Shown here one piece after another: positions 9,726 through 18,561 of a stretch of DNA of 64,000 nt (the stretch's first letter is position 1; each line of letters begins with the position of its first letter). The notes below the pieces were generated by a model, which was not told the DNA's origin, made no database searches, and saw nothing but the letters and a program-made list of their open reading frames with translations. Source of the stretch: Dehalococcoidia bacterium (GTDB lineage: Bacteria; Chloroflexota; Dehalococcoidia; Bin125). The DNA is taken from assembly GCA_963663895.2 (NCBI GenBank), contig CAXXRD010000005.1, positions 160,408-224,407 on the forward strand, given 5' to 3'. The position numbers and the translations under genes are program-made.

Positions 9726-10691
9726 GTGATGGAGACCGCGTCGAGCCGGCCCACGAGCGCAGCGATCGACTTCGAGCGCTTGTTCGCGGCGCTCATGGAA
9801 CCGGGCGCGCTGCTTGATGACGAGGACTTGGAAGCGCTCATCGCGCTGAGGTCCGATGGACATCGGCAGCTGCGGACAGCACTCGATGGGCTTGATGCCA
9901 GTGCGCGATTCGGGGTGCTGGCTCGGCTGATCGATCTGGCGGAGGTGCAGGTCCGGTTCGATGCCGGCCCGATCTGCCTCGATCGCCTGCAGGACCCGGA
10001 TGCCGGTGTGCGCGCTCTGGCGGCGAACGGGCTGCGGGAGGTCGAAGGGCGTGAGGCATTGGCTCGCTTGCAGCAGATCGCTGCCGACGACCCGGACGCA
10101 CTGGTGCGGGCGGAGGCGATCGGAGCGCTCCGTCCTTGGGTCCTGCGTGCCGAATTCGGGCAGCTGCGGCCCGACGATCGATCGGGATTGATCGCGACCT
10201 TGCGGGAATTGGCTGAGGACGGCGGCACGGAGGCGTCGCTGCGGGGGAGCGCGGTCGAGAGCCTTGGCGTGCTGAGCGAGGAGTGGGTCCGCGAGCTGAT
10301 CCATGAGTCGTTCGCGGCGGAGGATCAAAGGCTGCGCCTTGGGGCGTTGCGCGCGATGGGCTGGAGCGCCGATCCCTACTGGCTGCCGACCGTCCTCGAC
10401 GCGGTCGCAGCGCTGGACGATGAAGAGCGGGCTGCGGCGGCGTTCGCGGCAGGCGAGATCGAGGATGAGGATGCGGTCCCATCGCTCCGCGATCTCCTTG
10501 AGGACGAGAGCCTGGATGTCGTCTTAACGGCCGTTGCGGCGCTGGGGGAGATCGGCGGCCCGCTGGCGTTGGAGGCGTTAGCGGCCGCCTCCACGCATCC
10601 TGAGGCGGAGGTACGGGACGCGGCAAGGGCCGTGAGCGAGAGGACGGCGATCCTCGCTGATCCGCTCGGCATGACGGGGATGCAGTACTGA
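9726..10691 (+). CDS. HEAT-repeat (PBS-lyase type) protein
   Basis: Repeated DPDAGVRALAANGL, DPDALVRAEAIGAL, DESLDVVLTAVAALGEIG and EAEVRDAARAV units. Confidence 0.65.
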   Translation: MMETASSRPTSAAIDFERLFAALMEPGALLDDEDLEALIALRSDGHRQLRTALDGLDASARFGVLARLIDLAEVQVRFDAGPICLDRLQDPDAGVRALAANGLREVEGREALARLQQIAADDPDALVRAEAIGALRPWVLRAEFGQLRPDDRSGLIATLRELAEDGGTEASLRGSAVESLGVLSEEWVRELIHESFAAEDQRLRLGALRAMGWSADPYWLPTVLDAVAALDDEERAAAAFAAGEIEDEDAVPSLRDLLEDESLDVVLTAVAALGEIGGPLALEALAAASTHPEAEVRDAARAVSERTAILADPLGMTGMQY

Positions 10692-10701
10692 GCTGGCCGC
10701 C

Positions 10702-11184
10702 GTGAAACGCGAAAATCGACTTCAAACACGACGAGCGGTCTCGGCCGGTGGCGTGGTGTATCGACGGACTGCGGGTGAGGTGGCGGTGCTGCTCGTCGAG
10801 ACGCCGGGAGGGCAGTGGGGCCTGCCCAAGGGGACGCCGGGCGGTGACGAAGAGCTAGAAGAGGCAGCGGTGCGCGAGGTGGTGGAGGAGACCGGCTTGC
10901 AGGTGGATCGGGAGGGCAAGATCGGGACTATCGAATACTGGTTCGTGCGGGCCGAGGAAGGACAGCGGGTGCACAAGTACGTGCACTTCTGGCTGATGCG
11001 GCCGACGGGGGGCAGCATCGCCGATCACGATGCCGAGCACATCTCCGTTCGCTGGTTTTCGTTGGAGCGGGCGCTCGAGCGGGCGACGCATGAGAACACG
11101 AAGGCGATTCTGCGGAAAGCGGCCACGCTGCTCGACAAAGGCGATGCGGCTTTCGAGGCGACCGGCCCCGCGGAGGCTGGCTGA
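10702..11184 (+). CDS. NUDIX hydrolase
   Basis: Nudix box GLPKGTPGGDEELEEAAVREVVEETGL. Confidence 0.85.
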   Translation: MKRENRLQTRRAVSAGGVVYRRTAGEVAVLLVETPGGQWGLPKGTPGGDEELEEAAVREVVEETGLQVDREGKIGTIEYWFVRAEEGQRVHKYVHFWLMRPTGGSIADHDAEHISVRWFSLERALERATHENTKAILRKAATLLDKGDAAFEATGPAEAG

Positions 11185-11747
11185 TGTCCGTCTATGAGGA
11201 AGAGAGGGGCGTGGCCCGTCATGACGGGGAACTGGCCCGTGGGACGCGGGTGGTGCTGCGGGGGAAGCGGCTGTCGGACGCCCCGCAGGACTACGCTTGG
11301 CGCAGCGATCCCAACCTGGCGCGCTACGATGCCAGTCCGCCGCTACGCGGAACGCAGGCTGAGTACGTCGCCAGCTACACTGAGGAGTTGCTCCATCCTC
11401 CCGCCTGTCGGCGCGTGATCGCCGTCGACGATCTGCAGGAGCGGCACATCGGCAACGTGATGTACTACAACATTGATCTCGCTCGTCGTGAGGCGGAGGT
11501 CGGTATCACCATCGGGGAGCCGGCCTACTGGGGCCGCGGCTACGGCAGCGAAGCCGTGCGGCTGCTGGTCGACTACATTTTCGCGACGACGTCCCTGACG
11601 CGGCTCTATCTGCATACACTCGACTGGAACCTGCGGGCGCAGCGCAGCTTCGCGCGCGCCGGGTTTCGCGATTGCGGCCGTGCCTACCGCAGCGGCCACA
11701 TCTTTCACGTGATGGAAGCGCGCCGGGAGTGGCGGCGAGAGGGCTAG
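11184..11747 (+). CDS. GNAT family N-acetyltransferase (RimJ/RimL-like)
   Basis: Acetyl-CoA binding pattern YWGRGYGSEAVRLLVDYIF. Confidence 0.75.
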   Translation: MSVYEEERGVARHDGELARGTRVVLRGKRLSDAPQDYAWRSDPNLARYDASPPLRGTQAEYVASYTEELLHPPACRRVIAVDDLQERHIGNVMYYNIDLARREAEVGITIGEPAYWGRGYGSEAVRLLVDYIFATTSLTRLYLHTLDWNLRAQRSFARAGFRDCGRAYRSGHIFHVMEARREWRREG

Positions 11748-11760
11748 CGGCCGGGCGCGG

Positions 11761-12204
11761 CTAGGGTTGGGCGGCGGGGCGGGAAGGCAGCGCGACGAGG
11801 GCGCTCCCTGGGGTCGTCTTCTCGCCGGATTCGTTCTCGCTCCAGATCTCCAGCTCCACGAGATTTTCGCCGTTCTCGCTGCGCGTGCCGGTCACGCGCC
11901 CCTTCACCGTGAGGTCCTGGTTGGGGTAGTCCTGGCCGCGGAACGAGCAAGCGATCCGCTTCACGGTTGCTTGGGGACCGGCCCAGCTGGAGACCAGACG
12001 GCTCAGCAGCGCGTGCTTGAACGGGCCATGCACTAGAACGGTGGGGACCCCGGTCCCGACCGCGAAGTCCTTGTCGTAGTGAACGGGGTAGAAGTCGCCC
12101 ACGGCGGCGGCCCAGTGGACGAGCTGCGTGGTCGTGGGGCGCTCCGTGATCTCGGGGAGCAGGTCGCCCTCGCCGATGTCTTCGAAGTAGATCTGGTCGG
12201 CCAT
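11761..12204 (-). CDS. MaoC-like (R)-specific dehydratase, catalytic hotdog subunit (HadB-like), pair 1
   Basis: MADQIYFEDIGEGD...GDFYPVHYDKDFA...VHGPFKH hydratase motif. Start trimmed to ATG 12204. Confidence 0.8.
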   Translation of the reverse strand: MADQIYFEDIGEGDLLPEITERPTTTQLVHWAAAVGDFYPVHYDKDFAVGTGVPTVLVHGPFKHALLSRLVSSWAGPQATVKRIACSFRGQDYPNQDLTVKGRVTGTRSENGENLVELEIWSENESGEKTTPGSALVALPSRPAAQP

Positions 12205-12206
12205 CT

Positions 12207-12755
12207 CTATGTCCCTTCTACGGGCGTGTAGCCGATGAGCGTGAAGCGGTAGACGGCGACCGGCGCCTCGTCGCGCCTGAAGGTCGTCGCGGTCGTTTGG
12301 ATGACCATGGGGCCGTTCAGCGCCTTGGAGTAGCGCTCGCGGATGTCCTCGAGCTTGGTCCGGGAGACGAGTACGTCGCCGGCGCAGATGTCTGGGTCGA
12401 TGTATTCGAGATCGAGGGAGCCTGCGAGGAGCTCGGTGTGGATGGATTGCACGGGTGAAAAGGGATGATTGACCGCAGCATTGGAGTCGAACGGCCAACT
12501 CATCAGGTAGTCGCTCTGCTCCGGATCGTAGGCGGGAAAGCCCAAGTGACCGGGCGGAGCTGGAAGGTCCCTGTAGCCGCGGCGCTTGGCCTCGTCCGCG
12601 TGGTAGTAGACGCGATCGCGGTAGCCGGCGGCCCGTGCGAAGGCGCGGATGCCCGGACGGGTCACCTCATGGGTGCAGGGTGCGCTTTCCACGCCCACGA
12701 GCGCCAGGATCTCATCCGTGAGCGAGGATTCGAACGCGGGCGTGTCGGTGGCCAT
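12207..12755 (-). CDS. MaoC_dehydrat_N/FAS1-DH-like hotdog subunit (HadA-like), pair 1
   Basis: Paralog of 15630-16145 (TDEILALVGVESAPCTHEVT...RGYRDLPAPPG). Ends 2 nt before the MaoC partner. Confidence 0.7.
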   Translation of the reverse strand: MATDTPAFESSLTDEILALVGVESAPCTHEVTRPGIRAFARAAGYRDRVYYHADEAKRRGYRDLPAPPGHLGFPAYDPEQSDYLMSWPFDSNAAVNHPFSPVQSIHTELLAGSLDLEYIDPDICAGDVLVSRTKLEDIRERYSKALNGPMVIQTTATTFRRDEAPVAVYRFTLIGYTPVEGT

Positions 12756-12773
12756 GGCGTCGCTCCAGGGTGG

Positions 12774-13205
12774 CTAGGCCCGCGACGGCAGGGTGACGAC
12801 GGCGGAGCCGGGCGTGGTCGTCTTGCCGTTCGCGTCCTCGACCCAGATCTCCAACTCGACGATGTTGCGGGCGCCCTCTTGGTACTTCTTGGTGATCTTG
12901 CCTTTGTGGGTCAGCCGCCGGTTGGGGAGGTCCATGCCCCGATAGGAGCAGGCGACCCGCTTGATGCGGCCGCCGGGCGCGACCCATTGGTGCAGCAGCT
13001 CGCCCAGGAAGGCGTGCTTGAGCGCGCCGTGCACGATCGGACCCTCCAGGCCGTTGCGCTTGGCGAATGCGGGGTCGTAGTGGATCTGGTAGAAGTCGCC
13101 GGAGCCCGCGGCCCATTGCACAAGCTGGAGGCTATCCGGCTCCTTCACCAAGCTCGGGATCTCCGCCCCGACCTCGACATCCTCGAAGTAGACCTGGTCC
13201 ACCAC
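12774..13205 (-). CDS. MaoC-like dehydratase, catalytic hotdog subunit (HadB-like), pair 2
   Basis: MVDQVYFEDVEVG...GDFYQIHYDPAFA...VHGALKH. GTG start with a GGGAGGGA RBS. Confidence 0.8.
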   Translation of the reverse strand: MVDQVYFEDVEVGAEIPSLVKEPDSLQLVQWAAGSGDFYQIHYDPAFAKRNGLEGPIVHGALKHAFLGELLHQWVAPGGRIKRVACSYRGMDLPNRRLTHKGKITKKYQEGARNIVELEIWVEDANGKTTTPGSAVVTLPSRA

Positions 13206-13393
13206 AGCTCCCTCCCGCCGTCAGGCTACCAGACCCGGTCGTGCACTAGAACTTACATTGGAAATTGGACAGGCTGGAGGGAGGCTTGCGTCCGCTCCAG
13301 TCGACTGGCACCGTTTCCAGCGAAGCAGCGCCGGATAGTGGCGTCAGCAGTACAGGCACAGTCGGACTAATTCCACTGAGCGAGGAGAACAGC

Positions 13394-15511
13394 ATGTCGC
13401 GCACACTCTTCCGAACGACGAGGTTCGACCTCGACCACCTCGTGAAGAACATCGACCGTGGCGACGTAGCCCTGCCCGATATCCAACGCCCTTTCGTGTG
13501 GTCGACCGCAAAGGTGCGCGACCTATTTGACTCCATGCTTAATGGCTTCCCGGTCGGGTACCTGCTCTTTTGGGTGACGGAGGCCCCCGCAGGCTCGCGG
13601 CAGATTGGGACGGACGCAAAGGAAGAGAGGATAGCGCGCTGGCTCATCGTCGACGGACAGCAGCGGCTCACCAGCCTATACGCGGTGATTACCGGTCACT
13701 CGATCGTACGGGAGGACTATACCGAGGCGCGCCTGCGTTTGGCGTTCTCCCCGCTTGATGGCCGTTTTGAGGTCACGGACGCTGCGATCGAACGCGATCC
13801 CGAGTTCCTCGCGGATATCACACCGATCTGGGACAACTACCGTGGGACTGTCCGCGCGTACACTGAGCGGCTCGAGTCCAGTCGTGGCCCCCTTAGCGCA
13901 GAGCTAGAAGACCTAATCGAGGAACGGTTCGATCGGCTGCGAGACCTGCGCTCGTACCCATTTGAAGTCGTCGAGCTCGACTCGGGGATGGACGAGGAGC
14001 GAGTCGCCGATGTCTTCGTGCGTATCAACTCGGAGGGAGTACTACTGAATCGCGCCGACTTCATCTTGACGCTCATGAGCGTCTTTCAGGAGGCGTCCCG
14101 CCGGCAGTTGGAAGAGTTCGCGAGGGCAGCAAAGCTGCCCCAGCCAGTCAAAGCCGGACCGTTCAACTGGTTCATCCAGCCGCAGCCAGATCAGCTCCTG
14201 CGTGTCTCGATCGCGCTCGCATTCCGCCGTGCCGTGCTTCGGCACGCATACTCGCTGCTCCGCGGGAAGGATCTCGAGACGGGCGAAGTCTCTTCGGAGA
14301 AGCGCGACGAGCAATTCGCGAGACTCCAGAAGGCGCAAACCCAGGTTGTCGACCTCACCAACTGGCATGAGTTCCTGCAGTGTTTGGAGCGAGCAGGGTT
14401 TCGTGGATCAAAGATGATTTCGAGTCAGAACGCTCTCCTTTACAGCTACGCACTCTGGCTTATCGGTCGTGTTGACTATCGGATTCCATTGCCCGTATTG
14501 CGTGATGTGATCGCGCGATGGTTCTTCATGGCCCACACCACTTCTCATTACTCCGGATCGTTCGAGACGCAGTTCGAGGCGGATGTCGCGCGGCTCGTGG
14601 ATCTGCCACCGAACGACTCCTCCGGATTCGTCAATACGCTCAACCAAATGATCGACGACACGCTCACCAGCGACTACTGGACGATCACGTTGCCGAATAA
14701 TCTCGCAACCTCGGCTCCGAAATCGCCAGCGCTGCTCGCTTACGTTGCCGCACTCAACATCCTCGATGCGGACGTGCTGCTGTCCGATACGAAGGTGCGA
14801 TCACGGCTGGAACCAGCCGTGACGCTGAAGAAAGGCATCGAACGACACCACCTGTTCCCTCGCGGTTATCTACGCAACGTGCTTGGAATTTCTGAGACTC
14901 GGTCCATCAATCAAATTGCCAACTACGCTCTCGTGGAGTGGTCAGACAACATTGCGATCAGTGACTCTCCTCCATCTGAGTACTGGCCTCGGCAGATCGC
15001 CGAGAAGCAGTTGGCGCCGGGGGAGCTCGAGGCCCACCGATACTGGCACGCCCTGCCAGAGGGCTGGGAGACGATGCCATTCGACGAATTCCTCGCGACC
15101 CGACGCCAATCCATGGCGCGAGTGGTACGAGACGCCTTCGCGCGGCTCACCGACGCGGGCTACAAGCCAGAGATGTTCCAAAGCGCCGCTCCTGCAGAAC
15201 CGGAGGTCTTGACCACCGAAGGCGGCCGCACAGAAGTTAGGTTCCGCGACTTGATCACTGCCGACGTTCTTCCCGCAGGCGTCTCTCTTCTACCGTCGAA
15301 TGGGGAGCTCGATCCAATTGCTACCGTTCTGCCTGACGGGAACGTGTACATGGATGGAGAGGCCTTTGAATCTCCATCCGAAGCAGCGACAGCTCTCCGT
15401 GGTGAGCTAACCAATGGTTGGGACTTCTGGAGCGCCGACCTTCCGGAAGGCCGTGTGCGGCTTCGTGTTCTGCGCGAAGATTACTTGCTGAGAGAGGGCG
15501 GCGGCGTTTGA
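13394..15511 (+). CDS. GmrSD-family type IV restriction enzyme-like protein (DUF262 + DUF1524 His-Me finger + RAMA/DUF4357-like C-terminal module)
   Basis: DUF262 motifs DIQRPFVW and DGQQRLTSL. DUF1524-type HHLFPRGYL...NYALVEWSDN. C-terminal FESPSEAATALRGELTNGWDFW. ATG 13394 is preceded by GAGGAG. GC is lower (48% in line 14401-14460). Confidence 0.8.
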   Translation: MSRTLFRTTRFDLDHLVKNIDRGDVALPDIQRPFVWSTAKVRDLFDSMLNGFPVGYLLFWVTEAPAGSRQIGTDAKEERIARWLIVDGQQRLTSLYAVITGHSIVREDYTEARLRLAFSPLDGRFEVTDAAIERDPEFLADITPIWDNYRGTVRAYTERLESSRGPLSAELEDLIEERFDRLRDLRSYPFEVVELDSGMDEERVADVFVRINSEGVLLNRADFILTLMSVFQEASRRQLEEFARAAKLPQPVKAGPFNWFIQPQPDQLLRVSIALAFRRAVLRHAYSLLRGKDLETGEVSSEKRDEQFARLQKAQTQVVDLTNWHEFLQCLERAGFRGSKMISSQNALLYSYALWLIGRVDYRIPLPVLRDVIARWFFMAHTTSHYSGSFETQFEADVARLVDLPPNDSSGFVNTLNQMIDDTLTSDYWTITLPNNLATSAPKSPALLAYVAALNILDADVLLSDTKVRSRLEPAVTLKKGIERHHLFPRGYLRNVLGISETRSINQIANYALVEWSDNIAISDSPPSEYWPRQIAEKQLAPGELEAHRYWHALPEGWETMPFDEFLATRRQSMARVVRDAFARLTDAGYKPEMFQSAAPAEPEVLTTEGGRTEVRFRDLITADVLPAGVSLLPSNGELDPIATVLPDGNVYMDGEAFESPSEAATALRGELTNGWDFWSADLPEGRVRLRVLREDYLLREGGGV

Positions 15512-15629
15512 GGCAGCTGGCGATGCGGGTACCTATTGCGGCGAGGGTCAGAGTCTCGTCCCGGCACGATGTCGTGGTGGAGGGCGACGGGATTTGGATC
15601 AGAGTGGGCTTGATCCTTCCTCTCTTCTC

Positions 15630-16145
15630 TTAGCTGCCGTAGGCGATGGAGGTGCCGCGCATGATGGCGACGACCCGGTCGTGCTGGTTGCGATAGGTGG
15701 TGGCCGTGACGCTGATCACCATCGCTCCTCCCAGCGCCTGGGAGTAGCGCTCGCTGAGCTGCTCGATCTTCATGCGGACGGTGAGCACGTCGCCGGCGCA
15801 GATGTCCTCGTCGAAGTACTCGATGTCGGTGCCGCCGTTGAGGGTGTTCTTGTAGGGCAGGTCGAGACGGGGGGAGAAGCCGGGCGGGCGGCCCCAAGTG
15901 CGATCGGGCGTCGCAGGATTGAAGACCAAGGTGCCCAGATAGGCGGGGGGCGCCGGCAGATCGCGGTAGCCGTGCCGCCGGGCCTCGTCGCGGTCGTAGA
16001 AGACCGGATCGCTGTAGCCGACCGCGCGGGCGAACATGCGGACGCCCGTGGTCGTCACCTCGTGCGTGGCGGGCGCGCCCTCAACCCCTACCTGGGCGCG
16101 CATGGCATCAGTGAGAACGGATTCGAATTGCGGGTCGTTGGCCAT
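15630..16145 (-). CDS. MaoC_dehydrat_N/FAS1-DH-like hotdog subunit (HadA-like), pair 2
   Basis: Paralog of 12207-12755 (TDAMRAQVGVEGAPATHEVT...HGYRDLPAPPA). Confidence 0.7.
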   Translation of the reverse strand: MANDPQFESVLTDAMRAQVGVEGAPATHEVTTTGVRMFARAVGYSDPVFYDRDEARRHGYRDLPAPPAYLGTLVFNPATPDRTWGRPPGFSPRLDLPYKNTLNGGTDIEYFDEDICAGDVLTVRMKIEQLSERYSQALGGAMVISVTATTYRNQHDRVVAIMRGTSIAYGS

Positions 16146-16195
16146 GGGTGCTCTCCGGGGCGGGTGGGTGGTGGGGTGGTCGGTATCGCCGGTTC

Positions 16196-16858
16196 TTAGC
16201 GGTTGCCGCTGATCTCCTGCTGGGTGCGCAGATCGACGGGGTGGTAGCGGCCCGATCGGAGCTCGCGCACGAGGTCCCGCCAGTCATGGATGTTATCGGA
16301 CTCGAAGTGTGTTGCGACGGCGCCCACGTCATGGACGGCATGCGAATCCGTGCCGCCCGTGCCGGGGAGCTCCATGCGCTCGCAGAGCTCGGCGCTGAAG
16401 CGGTTTTGCTTGTCGTTGCCGCGCCCGTTGAGCGCTTCGAGGGCGACGCATTGAGCGTAGCCGGGATTGCGGGCGGCCCGTTCGATGGCGCGGCGCCACT
16501 CGTCGGCGTCGTCGCGCCAGGGCATCAGGCGGCGATAAGGATGGGCGCCGACCATGGCGCCCCCGCGCTCCTGGACGTGGTCGGCGAGCTTCTGGGCGCG
16601 GTGCATCCCGAAGACGTACTTCTCGACGCCGAAAGCGAGGATGTGTCCGTCGTCGGTGCTGATCTCGACGCCGGGGATCACGAGGAAACCGGTCTCCGCG
16701 CAGAGTTGCTCGATCTCCGCGGCGGGCCAGACGGCGTCGTGCTCCGTGAGGCAGATCGCGTCCAGTCCCGCCTCCCGCGCCCGCGCGATGAGATCGAGCG
16801 GGTCAAGGACGGAATCGTGCGAGCGGGGCCAAGTGTGATTGTGGAGGTCGATCAGCAT
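16196..16858 (-). CDS. PHP-domain metal-dependent phosphoesterase
   Basis: MLIDLHNHTWPRSHDS...ICLTEHD PHP motifs. Confidence 0.75.
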   Translation of the reverse strand: MLIDLHNHTWPRSHDSVLDPLDLIARAREAGLDAICLTEHDAVWPAAEIEQLCAETGFLVIPGVEISTDDGHILAFGVEKYVFGMHRAQKLADHVQERGGAMVGAHPYRRLMPWRDDADEWRRAIERAARNPGYAQCVALEALNGRGNDKQNRFSAELCERMELPGTGGTDSHAVHDVGAVATHFESDNIHDWRDLVRELRSGRYHPVDLRTQQEISGNR

Positions 16859-16936
16859 GAGAGAAGCGGCGCGCTGGTCTTCGCCGCAGCGATCAGTCTA
16901 GGGGCGGCTCCGAGCGCCCTCAATCAATGGCGACGC

Positions 16937-18070
16937 TCACGCGGATGCGGCATCCTTCTGGTAGAGGCGGTAGCGCTTGTAGATGCGCCCGCCGGCGTGG
17001 CGCAGACTCTTATTGATGAGATCGTTGTCTTCCAGAACCCAGCTCAGCTCGGCCCAGCGGTAGCCGCAGCGCTGCCCCGCGTAGTGGATCTCGCCCAAGA
17101 GCAGCGCCGCCATCGAAGCGGTTGCGCTGCGCCTGAACTGGGGACGCACGCCGAGCAGGACGACACGCCCCCGCGGTGACCCGCGCCAGAGCCGCCACTT
17201 TAACTTAATAGCCCCCAGCGGGAAGAGGCGGCCGTCGAGGTCGCGGATCACGTGGTAGAGGTCGGGCAAGCCGACGACCATGCCGGCGGGTTCGCCGTCG
17301 ATCTCGATCAGCGAAGTGGCGCAGGTGTTGGCGAACTGGGCGAAGTCGTGGGCGGTGCGGTCCGCTTCGGCCTCGCTGATGGGAACGAAGCCCCAATTGT
17401 CCGCCCAGGCTTCGTTGAAGATCTGCGCGGCGATGCGGATGTCGTCACGCAGGTGCTTGCGGTCGAACGTCCGGATGTGCACGTTAGGTTTGGCGGCGGT
17501 GCGCGCGTAGAGCGCGGCGAGGCGCTTGCTGAGCCTTCCGACCGCGTAGGACCAGGCGTAGAGGTCTTTGGCTTTGTGGTATCCGGCCTGTTCGATCAGG
17601 GCGGGGTAGTAGTCGCGCGTATGCGCCATGCCCAGCACGGGTGGCGTATCCCAGCCTTCGATCAGCACGCCGATCTCTTGGTTCATCGTGAAGGAGATCG
17701 GACCGCGTATCCAATCGACGTTGTGCTGGGCGAGCCAGTTTTCCGCGCTCTCGAAGAGCGCCTGAGAGACGGCCGGGTCGTCGATCGACTCGAAGAATCC
17801 GAAGAAGCCGCCGCGCTCGTTGTGCGTCTCGTCGTGGACGGGGTTGATATGCGCGGAGATGCGGCCAACGACCTCGCCGTCACGCTCGGCGAGGAAGAGC
17901 TGCGCCGTGCCGTACTGGAGGAACGGATTCTTCTCCTGGTCCAATTGATCGCGCAGCATGCGGTGCAGCGGCGGGACCCACATGGGATCGTCGTCGTAAA
18001 TGCGCCACAGCAGTGCTGTGAAGGCCTTGCGATCGTGATTGAAGCCGATCGGGCGGACTCGCAGCGTCAT
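16937..18070 (-). CDS. Conserved ~377-aa protein, probably GNAT-fold acyltransferase-like
   Basis: Long ORF with core-like codon bias. Reminiscent of two-domain GNAT-like proteins, but there is no decisive motif. Confidence 0.45.
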   Translation of the reverse strand: MTLRVRPIGFNHDRKAFTALLWRIYDDDPMWVPPLHRMLRDQLDQEKNPFLQYGTAQLFLAERDGEVVGRISAHINPVHDETHNERGGFFGFFESIDDPAVSQALFESAENWLAQHNVDWIRGPISFTMNQEIGVLIEGWDTPPVLGMAHTRDYYPALIEQAGYHKAKDLYAWSYAVGRLSKRLAALYARTAAKPNVHIRTFDRKHLRDDIRIAAQIFNEAWADNWGFVPISEAEADRTAHDFAQFANTCATSLIEIDGEPAGMVVGLPDLYHVIRDLDGRLFPLGAIKLKWRLWRGSPRGRVVLLGVRPQFRRSATASMAALLLGEIHYAGQRCGYRWAELSWVLEDNDLINKSLRHAGGRIYKRYRLYQKDAASA

Positions 18071-18188
18071 GCGGCGAGCCGAAAGGCGCGTTCGTCTCGC
18101 TTAGCCAACGCGCGAGCGTTTGAGGAGGTCACAGGCCACTGCTATCCTGCTGTTTGCGCCGCTTTTCACAAGATTGGGAGGCCGCGAG

Positions 18189-18560
18189 GTGCTGGAGCAG
18201 TATAGCCACCTTGCGATTCTCCTCGTGTTCGCGCTGATCTTTCCCTCCATTCCTCTGGTCGCGTCCTGGGCCATGCACCAATTGCGCGTGCGCCCGCGGA
18301 TCCCCAACGTCGTGAAAGACGACACGTACGAATGCGGGGTCGAGACGGAGGGCCCGACTTGGGTCCAGTTCAACTTTCGCTATTACTTAATCGCCCTGGT
18401 GTTCGTGCTGTTCGACGTGGAGGTGGTATTCCTCTTCCCGCTCGCCGTGGCACTTGATGACGTCCTGACCTTCGGCTTGGTCGCGGGACTGATCTTCATC
18501 GGAGTGCTGGCGCTGGGGTTAGTGTACGAGTGGAAGAAACGCGCGTTGGAGTGGCGTTAG
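18189..18560 (+). CDS. nuoA: NADH-quinone oxidoreductase subunit A
   Basis: YECGVE...FNFRYYLIALVFVLFDVEVVFLFP. GTG 18189 with a GGGAGG RBS at 18176-18181. Confidence 0.9.
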   Translation: MLEQYSHLAILLVFALIFPSIPLVASWAMHQLRVRPRIPNVVKDDTYECGVETEGPTWVQFNFRYYLIALVFVLFDVEVVFLFPLAVALDDVLTFGLVAGLIFIGVLALGLVYEWKKRALEWR

Positions 18561-18561
18561 C

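Noticed and set aside
8506-10328. Minus-strand ORFs 8506-9396, 9330-10328, 9353-10228 and 9838-10725
   Set aside because: They are antisense to the gpsA and HEAT-repeat genes, with no recognisable domains and skewed composition.
16148-18205. Plus-strand ORFs 16148-17179 and 17252-18205
   Set aside because: They are antisense to the PHP and GNAT-like genes, which have real motifs or a coherent operon context.
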